Source: Candidatus Doudnabacteria bacterium
GTDB lineage: Bacteria > Patescibacteriota > Doudnabacteria > UBA920
DNA length: 64,000 nt
Reading direction: 5' to 3'
Assembly (NCBI GenBank): GCA_031291995.1
Contig: JARLHZ010000025.1
Span: forward strand, 156,266-220,265
The position numbers were made by a program, and so were the translations under genes. Below the pieces are notes generated by a model. That model was given only the letters and a program-made list of their open reading frames with translations, did no database searches and was not told the origin of the DNA. Of this stretch, positions 18,117 to 27,182 are shown one piece after another (position 1 is the first letter of the stretch; the number at the start of each line of letters is the position of its first letter).

Positions 18117-18720
18117 AGGTATTGAGTTTGGCAATTAATCTAGTTCGCGCCTGCGGTATGGTGCCCAGAGTTGATATATTTATAAAAGGGTAAAGTTTTT
18201 GAAAATAAGCCACAACATCCGTAATATTTTTTTTGTAATATGCGATCCGATTTTTTAAAGCCTTGTCGTTGTCGTCGGGCCGTTTGGAAAATTTGCCGCG
18301 AAAGTAAGTTTTGCGGGCGGTCATGCGGCTAATAGTTTCAGCAAGAGGAATAGACAAGTATATAAAAAGCACCTCCTGGCGTTTTTCCTGTTTGAGCCAT
18401 TTGGCGACCAATTTGGCTTCGCCCAGCATTTTTGGAGTTCCGTTGAACAAAATTCCCGTAGTCCTTTTGGTGGAGTGAATTTTGTCGTGAAGCAAATTCC
18501 GGACAAGTCCGGTCGGAGTGAGCTTGCCGCTGTCCAGGGTTTTGTCGAGACGGTATTTTTTTCGGAGTTTCGGGTTGTGTTCAAGCGATCTTAATTCCCG
18601 GCCCATATCTAAATCGTAAAGCTTAAACTTTTTCGCTAAAAAAGCGCCATGCGTGGCCTTGCCCGCGGCAGGATCTCCAAGAAGAATAATATTTAGCGGT
18701 TGGTTATTTTTCATCTTCAC
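18097..18720 (-). CDS. adk: Adenylate kinase-family protein, paralog 2 (divergent)
   Basis: P-loop GDPAAGKAT, NGTPK instead of DGxPR, KRPDD. Confidence 0.8.
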   Translation of the reverse strand: MKMKNNQPLNIILLGDPAAGKATHGAFLAKKFKLYDLDMGRELRSLEHNPKLRKKYRLDKTLDSGKLTPTGLVRNLLHDKIHSTKRTTGILFNGTPKMLGEAKLVAKWLKQEKRQEVLFIYLSIPLAETISRMTARKTYFRGKFSKRPDDNDKALKNRIAYYKKNITDVVAYFQKLYPFINISTLGTIPQARTRLIAKLNTYETRAN

Positions 18721-18919
18721 GCTTCATTTTTTGCTTAGCTTCCAGTTCATTCGCAAACTTTTCTAAGGCTATTACCGCTGCCTGGTCAAAAGTGATGCCT
18801 TCTTTTGCGAGTAATCCGCCCAATCTTCTAAACAACGTTCTATCTAACTCTATGCGAAGGTCGGTCTTTTGAATTCTTCCGATTTGTTCTGGCCCTAAGC
18901 CGGTGTCAAATTTTGACAT
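18704..18919 (-). CDS. Small hypothetical protein (possible ribbon-helix-helix)
   Basis: 71 aa ORF tightly packed between the two adk genes. Confidence 0.55.
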   Translation of the reverse strand: MSKFDTGLGPEQIGRIQKTDLRIELDRTLFRRLGGLLAKEGITFDQAAVIALEKFANELEAKQKMKREDEK

Positions 18920-18928
18920 ATTTTTAGG

Positions 18929-19501
18929 CTAAAGCGATAAGGCTTTATTAATTATATTATTTACTTCTTCAACAGTTGGCTGCCCGTCAATTTCAAAAAA
19001 CATCGAGTGTCGTCTCAAATAATCCAAAACCGGCAAGGTATCATTTTCGTACTGCTGAAGACGGAACTCAATTTTTTCCCTCGTGTCGTCGGCTCGCTTT
19101 TCGATTTCCGCGCGCTTTAACAATCGAGCTACCGATTCTTCCTTGGGCAAATTAACAAACAGCGTTACAAAATTTTTCCGTCCCTGTCCTTGTAGAAATT
19201 CCATTAAATGTTCGGCCTGGGGCACCCGCCTGGGAATGCCGTCAAAAATTACACCTTGGTCCGGGGCAATCTCGCCAAGCCGGCTGTCTACGACTTCGTA
19301 AAGCTGTTCGTCGGTCAGCAGGATGCCGGAGTCAATCAGCTTTTTTACTTTTTGGCCTAATTCCGAAGGGCTGGCCGCGACTTGCCGAAGCAGGCCGCCC
19401 ATTTCCCAATAAAAAAAATTCAGGCGTTTGGCCAAAATCTTTGCTTGCGTCCCTTTGCCGCTGCCTTGCGGTCCGATAAAAAATATTGTATTAAGTTTCA
19501 T
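18929..19501 (-). CDS. adk: Adenylate kinase (short-LID type)
   Basis: GPQGSGKGTQ, FDGIPR, KRADD; start MKLNT. Confidence 0.92.
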   Translation of the reverse strand: MKLNTIFFIGPQGSGKGTQAKILAKRLNFFYWEMGGLLRQVAASPSELGQKVKKLIDSGILLTDEQLYEVVDSRLGEIAPDQGVIFDGIPRRVPQAEHLMEFLQGQGRKNFVTLFVNLPKEESVARLLKRAEIEKRADDTREKIEFRLQQYENDTLPVLDYLRRHSMFFEIDGQPTVEEVNNIINKALSL

Positions 19502-19581
19502 ACCTGCTGCTATTTTAGCGGATTTTTGAAATTTTATCAAGTTATGTTATAATAATCGCAAACAAGACGATTAGAAACAAA

Positions 19582-21285
19582 ATGGATCACAGTTTATTTT
19601 ATCAGCTGACTTTTGTCCTGCTTGTGGCCGGACTTATCGCGCTTTTAGTCAGCCTGCTCAAGCAACCTTCGGTTATCGCGTTTATATTAACCGGCGTGCT
19701 GGTGGGCTCTTTGGGCTATTCCCAAATACACCAGGTGTCCATTTTTTCCGATCTTGGCGAAATTGGCATCACCCTGCTTTTATTTATGGTCGGTTTGGAA
19801 TTGGATATGCGCCGTTTGCGGGAGCTGGGTAAAGTGGTTATTTATACCACTCTGGGGCACGCGGTTTTAGCTTCGGTCTTGGCATTTTTTTTGGCGCGTG
19901 TTCTGGGTTTTAACGCGGTAGCTTCGGTTTACACCGCGATTGCCCTGACTTTTTCTTCGACGATAATTGTTGTTAAAATTTTGGGTGAAAAAGGGCAGCT
20001 GCAAAGTTTGGCCGCAAGAGTAGCCATCGGCTGCAGCATAGTTGAAGATTTTATGGCCCTGGTGATTTTATTGTTTGTCGGCGGTTCTTCGACTGGAAAT
20101 TTTTTACCGCAATCCCTTCCGGGATGGCAAATCGGAATTATCACACTGGTCCGGGCGCTTATTTTTCTTTTGATCCTGGCTTTTGTCAGCAAAAAAATTC
20201 TTCCCTGGCTGTTAAAGTACTTGGGGCGCAGCGACGAATTGCTTTTGTCATTTTCTCTGGCCTGGGCTTTGGGATTGGCCGCCTTTGCTTCGCTTCCGTG
20301 GGTTGGTTTTAGTTTTGCCATTGGCGGATTTTTGGCGGGTTTGGCCCTGGCCAACTCCGAAGTTCACTGGGAAATTGCCGCGCGCGTCAAATCTATACGC
20401 GATTTTTTTATTATTATATTTTTTATTGTTTTTGGATCCCAACTGGCTTTGGGCAACATTGGCCGGCAGCTGCCGACGGTTATCGTGTTATCGTTATTTA
20501 TGATTGTGATTAATCCCCTCATAATTTTGCTGTTGCTCGGCCGGCAGGGATATAAGCCCAAAACTTCTTTTTTGGTTGGCGTCACCACCATCCCGATGTC
20601 GGAATTCAGTTTTATTCTGGTCGCTTTGGGAAACCGGGCAGGCCAACTCGACGGCGCGGCGGCCGGTGTATTGACGATTGTCGGGATAGTTAGCATTGGT
20701 CTTTCATCTTACGCAATTGCCGGCGGCGACCGGCTTTATATTTGGTTAAAGCCGGTGCTGCGAATATTTGACCGGCACTTGCCCGATGTGGAAAAGACCA
20801 GCGACGAAGTTGTGTTAAAAAATCATATTGTCCTTGTGGGCGCTCACCGCATGGGACAGCACATTATCCGAAGCCTGGAAAAATTGGACCAACCTTTGGT
20901 TTTGGTAGATATAAACCCTGAAATAGTGAGCCGGTATTTAACCGAGGGTTTTAACGCGGTTTGCGGCGATATTACCGAGAGCTATATACAGGACCAGGTT
21001 AATTTGCAGGGAGCGCGGGTAGTTATTTCCACGGTGCCGAACCTGGAGGAAAATTTGGCGCTGCTTGAAGCGATTAAGCGCAAGAGCGGTAAAACCAAGC
21101 CCAAGCTGATTTTTTCGGCGCAAAATGAAACCGAAGCCAAAAAACTTTATGACCAGGAAATTGATTACGCCCTGTCGCCGCACTTTATTGGCGGCCAGCA
21201 CCTGGCCAAAATCTTGGAAGGCAACCATAACTTCACCGGCTTGAAGCAACTTCGCAAGGAACATTTAAAAATTATCAATACTTAG
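19582..21285 (+). CDS. CPA2/Kef-type cation:proton antiporter with TrkA-N (RCK) domain
   Basis: LLLFMVGLELD, SSTIIVVK, multiple TMs, C-terminal HIVLVGAHRMG Rossmann fold. Confidence 0.9.
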   Translation: MDHSLFYQLTFVLLVAGLIALLVSLLKQPSVIAFILTGVLVGSLGYSQIHQVSIFSDLGEIGITLLLFMVGLELDMRRLRELGKVVIYTTLGHAVLASVLAFFLARVLGFNAVASVYTAIALTFSSTIIVVKILGEKGQLQSLAARVAIGCSIVEDFMALVILLFVGGSSTGNFLPQSLPGWQIGIITLVRALIFLLILAFVSKKILPWLLKYLGRSDELLLSFSLAWALGLAAFASLPWVGFSFAIGGFLAGLALANSEVHWEIAARVKSIRDFFIIIFFIVFGSQLALGNIGRQLPTVIVLSLFMIVINPLIILLLLGRQGYKPKTSFLVGVTTIPMSEFSFILVALGNRAGQLDGAAAGVLTIVGIVSIGLSSYAIAGGDRLYIWLKPVLRIFDRHLPDVEKTSDEVVLKNHIVLVGAHRMGQHIIRSLEKLDQPLVLVDINPEIVSRYLTEGFNAVCGDITESYIQDQVNLQGARVVISTVPNLEENLALLEAIKRKSGKTKPKLIFSAQNETEAKKLYDQEIDYALSPHFIGGQHLAKILEGNHNFTGLKQLRKEHLKIINT

Positions 21286-21313
21286 CCTTTGATGCCCTAG
21301 AGCACGCCTGCCA

Positions 21314-21351
21314 ATCGGACCGATTTTCTCGGCCGAGAAAATCGGTCCGAT
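21314..21351. repeat. Perfect 38 bp palindrome, left of the Cas2-like gene
   Basis: ATCGGACCGATTTTCTCGG|CCGAGAAAATCGGTCCGAT. Confidence 0.95.
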
Positions 21352-21360
21352 ACCAATTTT

Positions 21361-21885
21361 ATGGGCGTGCCAAGAAAAAATCTGCTGACCGCATTAATTT
21401 TGCAATTGTTCGACCCCGACACTCCCCTTCTTCCCGTGGAGTCGACTTACGATTTTATAAAAAGGAAGAGGGATTGCCGCCGGCCGCAATATCGCGATTG
21501 TTTGAAAGGCTTGCGCCGACGCGGGGTAATTGAGATTGTCAAAAAACGCCAGCGGGAATTCGCAAAACTTACCAAGAAAGGTTCGCTAAAAATTTTGTTG
21601 GAAAAAGCGGAAATTAAAACGGTTCAACCTTGGGACGGCAAATGGAGATTGGCAATATTCGATATTCCGGAAAGATTTAACAACTCCCGCGACAATTTTC
21701 GCCATCTTTTGAAGCAGAACGGTTTTGTGAAATTGCAAGCCAGCGTATTTATCAGTCCATACCCAATTTCACGAGCAGCGCTAACATACCTAAAGGAAGT
21801 TGGCCTTGATCATTTTGTACGAATCTTAAAAATTGAGGAGTTGGATAATGATTCCGCATTAAAAAAGAAATTTGGACTTAAATAG
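21361..21885 (+). CDS. Standalone PaaX-like protein (winged helix plus Cas2-like domain)
   Basis: LKGLRRRGVI..KLTKKG wing, then WDGKWRLAIFDIPE..LKQNGFVKLQASVF. Confidence 0.85.
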   Translation: MGVPRKNLLTALILQLFDPDTPLLPVESTYDFIKRKRDCRRPQYRDCLKGLRRRGVIEIVKKRQREFAKLTKKGSLKILLEKAEIKTVQPWDGKWRLAIFDIPERFNNSRDNFRHLLKQNGFVKLQASVFISPYPISRAALTYLKEVGLDHFVRILKIEELDNDSALKKKFGLK

Positions 21886-21894
21886 CTTTTTACC

Positions 21895-21932
21895 ATCGGA
21901 CTCTTTTTCTCGGCCGAGAAAAAGAGTCCGAT
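21895..21932. repeat. Perfect 38 bp palindrome, right of the Cas2-like gene
   Basis: ATCGGACTCTTTTTCTCGG|CCGAGAAAAAGAGTCCGAT. Confidence 0.95.
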
Positions 21933-22073
21933 ATGTTTTTTAATGATTATGGAAGATAACGAGGCTGGTTATCGGTTCGGAAATTAATGCTTCCAAGCTA
22001 GCTGTTCGCAAAAAAGGTTTTGGGGCGTTAGACAAATTACATTCATTTTAAAATTTTATGGTACAATAACTTT

Positions 22074-23387
22074 ATGCTCAAACTTTATAATACGCTTTCA
22101 AAAAAGCTCGAAGTAATCGAGAAAAAGAACCATATAAACCTCTATACTTGCGGGCCGACGGTTTATAATTACGCGCATATCGGGAATTTGCGCAGTTATA
22201 TTATGGCGGATTTGCTTTACCGCGCTTTAAAATACGAGGGTTATAAGCCGCGATGGGTCATGAACATTACCGACATAGACGATAAAACCATCAAAGGCGC
22301 AATTGCCAAATTCGGTTCCGCGGCCACCGTGGAAAATTTACGAGAATTTACCAAATTTTATCTGGATGAGTTTTTGAAGGATTTGGGCGAGGTCAATGTT
22401 TCCAAGGACGAAATTACTTTTATCCGCGTGACCGATGTTATGGCGCAAATCCAGCAATTTATTATGGATTTAATAGACAAGGGGTACGCTTATAAAGCCG
22501 ACGATGGCAGCACTTATTTTTCCATTGAAAAATACCAAAAAGATTTTGGCGATTACGGCGTTTTGGTCGGTGAAAAATTTATTGAGGGCAAAAAAGTCGG
22601 CGCCCGCGTGGCCGTAGATGAATACGAGAAAGAAAATTTGTCCGATTTCGCTTTATGGAAATCTCATTCTTTAAATGACGCGAATATTTTTTGGGACCAC
22701 CCGGTTTTGGGCAAGGGGCGTCCCGGCTGGCACATTGAATGTTCTGTTATCAACAAAATCGGTTTTAAAGGCGAACCCACCGACATCCACACCGGCGGAG
22801 TCGATTTAATATTCCCTCATCACACAAACGAAATTGCACAGTCGCAGGCGCTTATCGGCAAAGGCAATTTTGTCCATCACTGGTTCCATTCCGAGCATTT
22901 ATTGGTCGATGGTAAAAAAATGGCCAAAAGCGCGGGGAATTTTTTTGTCTTAAAAGATTTAAAACATCCATTTGCCGCGTGGTCTTTAAGATACGCGTTT
23001 TTGCAAAGCCATTATCGCAGCCAGCAAAATTTTACCAAAGATTCGCTAGATGCTTCGGGAAACAGAATTGCCGGGTTGATAAATTATATGAAAGAACCTC
23101 ATAATAGCGAGTTTGTCGCGGATACAAAAAGTTTGGACGAGGATTTAAACGTCCCCAAGGCGATATCCGGAAGCAACGAGGCGTTTGTTTTTTCGGAACT
23201 GCTGGGCGCCAAACTTCCCGACTTGGAAGAAATTCCGGAAGAAATAGACCGGCTAATTAAGTTGAGGCTGGCGGCTCGCAATGAAAAGGATTTTAAGAAA
23301 TCGGATGAATTAAGAAAACAAATTGAGGCGCTTGGGTATGAATTGATGGACACGCCTGACGGGCAAAAGGTCAGGAAAAAGATGTAA
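22074..23387 (+). CDS. cysS: Cysteinyl-tRNA synthetase
   Basis: YTCGPTVY..HIGN, GRPGWHIECS, DLIFPHH, KMAKS. Confidence 0.97.
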   Translation: MLKLYNTLSKKLEVIEKKNHINLYTCGPTVYNYAHIGNLRSYIMADLLYRALKYEGYKPRWVMNITDIDDKTIKGAIAKFGSAATVENLREFTKFYLDEFLKDLGEVNVSKDEITFIRVTDVMAQIQQFIMDLIDKGYAYKADDGSTYFSIEKYQKDFGDYGVLVGEKFIEGKKVGARVAVDEYEKENLSDFALWKSHSLNDANIFWDHPVLGKGRPGWHIECSVINKIGFKGEPTDIHTGGVDLIFPHHTNEIAQSQALIGKGNFVHHWFHSEHLLVDGKKMAKSAGNFFVLKDLKHPFAAWSLRYAFLQSHYRSQQNFTKDSLDASGNRIAGLINYMKEPHNSEFVADTKSLDEDLNVPKAISGSNEAFVFSELLGAKLPDLEEIPEEIDRLIKLRLAARNEKDFKKSDELRKQIEALGYELMDTPDGQKVRKKM

Positions 23388-23580
23388 ATTGGCTATACAC
23401 CTATATTCCCCATCATATGCACAAAATAGGCCAAAAAGGCCTATTTTTGCTCTTGGAAGCCTTTAAGAAAAGGGCTATAATGGGATGACTGGCATTGATG
23501 ACTAATTCTGGATCCGGGAAATTTTTTGCGGTTTAAGATGTGCGTCAACGCAAAAAATTCCGGTTCAACACCGCGAATTT

Positions 23581-24981
23581 ATGGACCAAACATCAGCAAT
23601 TCAACGCATTCCTCCGCAGAGCCTGGAAGCCGAAATGTCGGTTTTGGGGTGTTTAATGCTGGACAAGGACGCGTTTATAAAAATCGGCGACGTCGTGACG
23701 GCTGAGGATTTTTACGATCCGCGCCACACCATGATATTTGAAGCCGCACTGGCGCTTTACGGCAGTAATGTGTCCATCGACATTTTAACCATGACCAACT
23801 GGCTCCAGGAACACCAGCAGCTGGAAAAAGTGGGAGGAGCAAGTTATTTAACCGAACTCGTGGCCAACGTACCATCCGCGGCGCACATCAGCCATTATGC
23901 TTTCATTGTGCGCAAAAAAGGCACGCTTCGGAAACTTATCCGAGCCTCCGGCGAAATCAACAATTTGGCTTTTGGCGAGTCCGGCGAGATTGAGGATATT
24001 TTAGACGAAGCCGAACAAAAATTATTCCAAATTTCCCAAAAGCACCTCAAACAAAATTTTATTTCCATCAGCAACATTTTGCACGCCACGTTTGAGCGTA
24101 TTGACGAGCTTCACCGCGAAAAAGGCAAGTTACGAGGTCTGCCGACCGGTTATGTGGATTTGGACAGCCTGCTCGGCGGTTTGCAAAAGTCCGATTTGGT
24201 AATTTTGGCCGCGCGCCCCAGTATGGGTAAAACGTCCCTAGCTTTGGATATTATGCGGCATGTGGCCGTGGATTTAAAACAACCCGTGGGAATTTTTTCT
24301 TTGGAAATGAGCAAGGATCAGTTGGTAGACCGTTTACTGTCGTCGCAAAGTGACGTGAACCTTTGGAAAATTCGCACCGGTCATTTGAACGACGAGGATT
24401 TTGAAAAAATCGGCCAGGCCATGGGCGAGCTGTCCGAGTCCCCCATCTTTATAGACGACGCGGCCGGCAGCAATATTATGGAAATCCGCACCAAAGCCCG
24501 CCGGTTGCAATCGGAACACGGCGTGGGTTTAATAGTAGTTGACTATTTACAGCTTATGGAAGGACGTAACCAGGAAAATCGCGTGCAGGAAGTTTCGGAA
24601 ATTTCCAGAGCCTTAAAATTGTTGGCTCGCGAGTTAAACGTTCCCGTACTCGCGCTGTCGCAATTGTCGCGCGGCGTGGAAAATCGGCCGGACAAAGTGC
24701 CCCAGCTGGCTGACTTGCGCGAATCCGGATCCATTGAACAGGACGCGGATGTGGTCATGTTTATTTATCGTGAAGAAATGTATAAAGGGAAAGACTCCAA
24801 ACGGCCGCACATTGCCGAAATCCACATCAAAAAGCATCGCAACGGCCCGACCGGTGAAATAGACTTGTTCTTTGACGCGGATAAAACTTCGTTTAAAAAT
24901 CTTGACCGTTCTTTTGATGTTAGCCCGCAAACCGTAATGCAAAGCATGGCCGTTGGCGCGGGAGAGGAAGAGCCGGTTTAA
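23581..24981 (+). CDS. dnaB: Replicative DNA helicase
   Basis: AARPSMGKT, FSLEM, VDYLQL, DLRESGSIEQDAD, KHRNGP; no intein. Confidence 0.98.
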   Translation: MDQTSAIQRIPPQSLEAEMSVLGCLMLDKDAFIKIGDVVTAEDFYDPRHTMIFEAALALYGSNVSIDILTMTNWLQEHQQLEKVGGASYLTELVANVPSAAHISHYAFIVRKKGTLRKLIRASGEINNLAFGESGEIEDILDEAEQKLFQISQKHLKQNFISISNILHATFERIDELHREKGKLRGLPTGYVDLDSLLGGLQKSDLVILAARPSMGKTSLALDIMRHVAVDLKQPVGIFSLEMSKDQLVDRLLSSQSDVNLWKIRTGHLNDEDFEKIGQAMGELSESPIFIDDAAGSNIMEIRTKARRLQSEHGVGLIVVDYLQLMEGRNQENRVQEVSEISRALKLLARELNVPVLALSQLSRGVENRPDKVPQLADLRESGSIEQDADVVMFIYREEMYKGKDSKRPHIAEIHIKKHRNGPTGEIDLFFDADKTSFKNLDRSFDVSPQTVMQSMAVGAGEEEPV

Positions 24982-24991
24982 TTGGCTAAAA

Positions 24992-25636
24992 ATGACCAAA
25001 TTACCAACCAGTTTACAGAAATTAATCAATGAGCTTGGCAAACTGCCCGGCATTGGGCCAAAGACCGCCCAACGGCTGGCTTTTTATTTGTTCAGACAGG
25101 ATAAAATTGATTTGGACAACCTGGCTCAGACCGTTGCAAAAGTTAAAGACGGTATTGTGTTTTGTTCGGTTTGCCATAACATGGGGGAGTTTGACCCTTG
25201 CGCCACCTGCAAAGATGATCGGCGCGACCATTCCCTGGTTTGCGTGGTCGAAGAACCGCTGGACGCGCAGGCTATAGACAAGTCCGGGCAATTTAACGGA
25301 GTTTTCCATGTGCTGGGCGGGGTCCTTAACCCATTGGAAGGTATTGGCCCGGAAAATTTGGAAGTACAATCATTGCTTGATAGAATTGCCAGCGTAGGGA
25401 CGGGTCTAGACCTGTCTCTACCGGAAAACGGCCAACGCGTGAAAGAAGTTATTATTGCGACCAATCCGTCTTTGGAAGGAGAAACTACGGCTATGCATTT
25501 GTCAAAAGTCATCAGAAGCGCCAATTCAACCATCAAAATTACCCGCATAGCCCGCGGCCTCCCCATGGGCGGCGATTTAGAATACGCCGACGACATAACC
25601 CTAATGAGGGCCATGGAAGGAAGAAGGGACTATTAA
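24992..25636 (+). CDS. recR: Recombination protein RecR
   Basis: LPGIGPKTAQRL, C4 zinc finger, TOPRIM, GGDLEYAD; start MTKLP (24992). Confidence 0.97.
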   Translation: MTKLPTSLQKLINELGKLPGIGPKTAQRLAFYLFRQDKIDLDNLAQTVAKVKDGIVFCSVCHNMGEFDPCATCKDDRRDHSLVCVVEEPLDAQAIDKSGQFNGVFHVLGGVLNPLEGIGPENLEVQSLLDRIASVGTGLDLSLPENGQRVKEVIIATNPSLEGETTAMHLSKVIRSANSTIKITRIARGLPMGGDLEYADDITLMRAMEGRRDY

Positions 25637-25640
25637 ATTT

Positions 25641-25665
25641 AAAACCACCCTCGCGGGTGGTTTTT
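25641..25665. terminator. Bidirectional terminator between recR and rplU
   Basis: AAAACCACCC-TCGC-GGGTGGTTTT. Confidence 0.8.
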
Positions 25666-25712
25666 ACGTTCAGCGGTAATATCAGCGTACTTATCAGCGT
25701 CAGTTCAGCGTC

Positions 25713-26006
25713 CTAGGCTTTGATTATTTCAACTTCCGTGTATGCCTGGCGGTGGCCGATTTTCCGGCGGTATTTGCTTTTGGGGCGGTACTTAAGGACG
25801 TGAACTTTGGCTCCCCTGCCTTGCTTTAGGACTTTGCCGGTTACGGCGGCTCCGGAAATATAAGGTTTGCCCACGGTTCCGTCCTGGAACAAGACTTTAT
25901 CAAAAGTTACGGTTTTGCCAGCTTCGGTAACCAGGGTTTCAACCTGGATTTTGTCGCCGTTTTTAACCAAATATTGTTTTCCGCCGGATTCGATGATTGA
26001 TAACAT
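25713..26006 (-). CDS. rplU: 50S ribosomal protein L21
   Basis: IIESGGKQY, GHRQAYT. Confidence 0.97.
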   Translation of the reverse strand: MLSIIESGGKQYLVKNGDKIQVETLVTEAGKTVTFDKVLFQDGTVGKPYISGAAVTGKVLKQGRGAKVHVLKYRPKSKYRRKIGHRQAYTEVEIIKA

Positions 26007-26053
26007 GGTCGTATGTTGTAAGTTGGTAAGTTATAAGTTACTGATAAAGTCTA

Positions 26054-27178
26054 TCAAACTTTGGGTTTTTCGTCAACGCCCTGATTTGCGGCAAAATCAA
26101 AGAGATCCGGCACGTGCGGGTGCTGTTTTTTGTATAGAATTACCGTGGTTAAAGCGATTATGACCATAAGCGCGAATAAAATTACCAGTGCGATGAGCTT
26201 GCCGTAGCTTTGCAGGAATATGGCCACGCCGCCAAAAATGGCGGAGATGGCGTACAGAGCCAAAACGGCCTGGCGCTGGCTTAGCCCTATATCAAGCAGC
26301 CGAAAATGCAAATGATGACGATCGCCTTTGAACGGGCTGCGGTTATATATAACTCGCCGTAAAATTGCCCAGGCCACATCTAAAATCGGGATACCCATTA
26401 CCAGGAGCGCCGTAGCTATTTTGGCGCCCAAAATTATAGATAGAACTCCCAACATAAAGCCGATAAGCGTACTGCCGCCTTCCCCGAGGAATATTGAAGC
26501 CGGGTTAAAATTGTAAATTAAAAAACCCAAAAGCGCGCCGGCAAAAATAATCGCAATACTGGCCGTTATTGGCTGATTGACTTTCGGAGTCAGCGATAGG
26601 GCGAACATGGTTAAAGAACCGATAAGACCGACGCCGCCGCAAAGTCCGTCCAGGCCATCCAAAAGTTTAGTTGTAAAAATCATGCCCATCATCCATAGCC
26701 AGACGAGAATGGCAGGCAGTGAATAGTGAATAATGAATAGTGAAAAGGAGTAGCCGATAAAGATTGGTGATCCGAACGGGTTGCTAATTTGAGTAATGCC
26801 GACGCCGATTCCCGACCAAACAATAATTAGCGAAGCCAGCGCCGGAAACAGCCATAAAATTTTTGGCGGTAAATTAAATTTGTCATCAGCCGCGCCGCCC
26901 ATAATTAAAACAAGGCCGCCCAAAATAATACCCCAAAAAAATCGCATTGGTACAATATTAAAGTCCGGATGGCCGAAGTTAAAATATAGCGCGAAGGATA
27001 TCAGCAGGCTTAAGTAGACGGAAATTCCTCCCAAAAGAGGAGTCGGATACAAATGGAGTTTGCGGGTTTGGTCCGGTAAATCCAAAATACGAAACTTAAA
27101 AGCGAGCCGTTTTATGGCGGGTGTAACCAACGCGGAGAGAATTAGCGCGATGGTAAAAAAAATAACAAAATTGAGCAT
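26054..27178 (-). CDS. WecA/TagO-type polyprenyl-phosphate sugar-1-phosphate transferase (MraY-like)
   Basis: PTPLLGG, DD, DGLDGL, NFNPASIFLGEGG, HLHFRL; start MLNFV (27178). Confidence 0.9.
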   Translation of the reverse strand: MLNFVIFFTIALILSALVTPAIKRLAFKFRILDLPDQTRKLHLYPTPLLGGISVYLSLLISFALYFNFGHPDFNIVPMRFFWGIILGGLVLIMGGAADDKFNLPPKILWLFPALASLIIVWSGIGVGITQISNPFGSPIFIGYSFSLFIIHYSLPAILVWLWMMGMIFTTKLLDGLDGLCGGVGLIGSLTMFALSLTPKVNQPITASIAIIFAGALLGFLIYNFNPASIFLGEGGSTLIGFMLGVLSIILGAKIATALLVMGIPILDVAWAILRRVIYNRSPFKGDRHHLHFRLLDIGLSQRQAVLALYAISAIFGGVAIFLQSYGKLIALVILFALMVIIALTTVILYKKQHPHVPDLFDFAANQGVDEKPKV

Positions 27179-27182
27179 AAAG

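Noticed and set aside
21314-21932. CRISPR-Cas locus suggested by the Cas2-like gene and two similar 38 bp repeats
   Set aside because: Only two repeats, 543 bp apart and enclosing the gene; no spacer array, cas1 or effector genes in the window.
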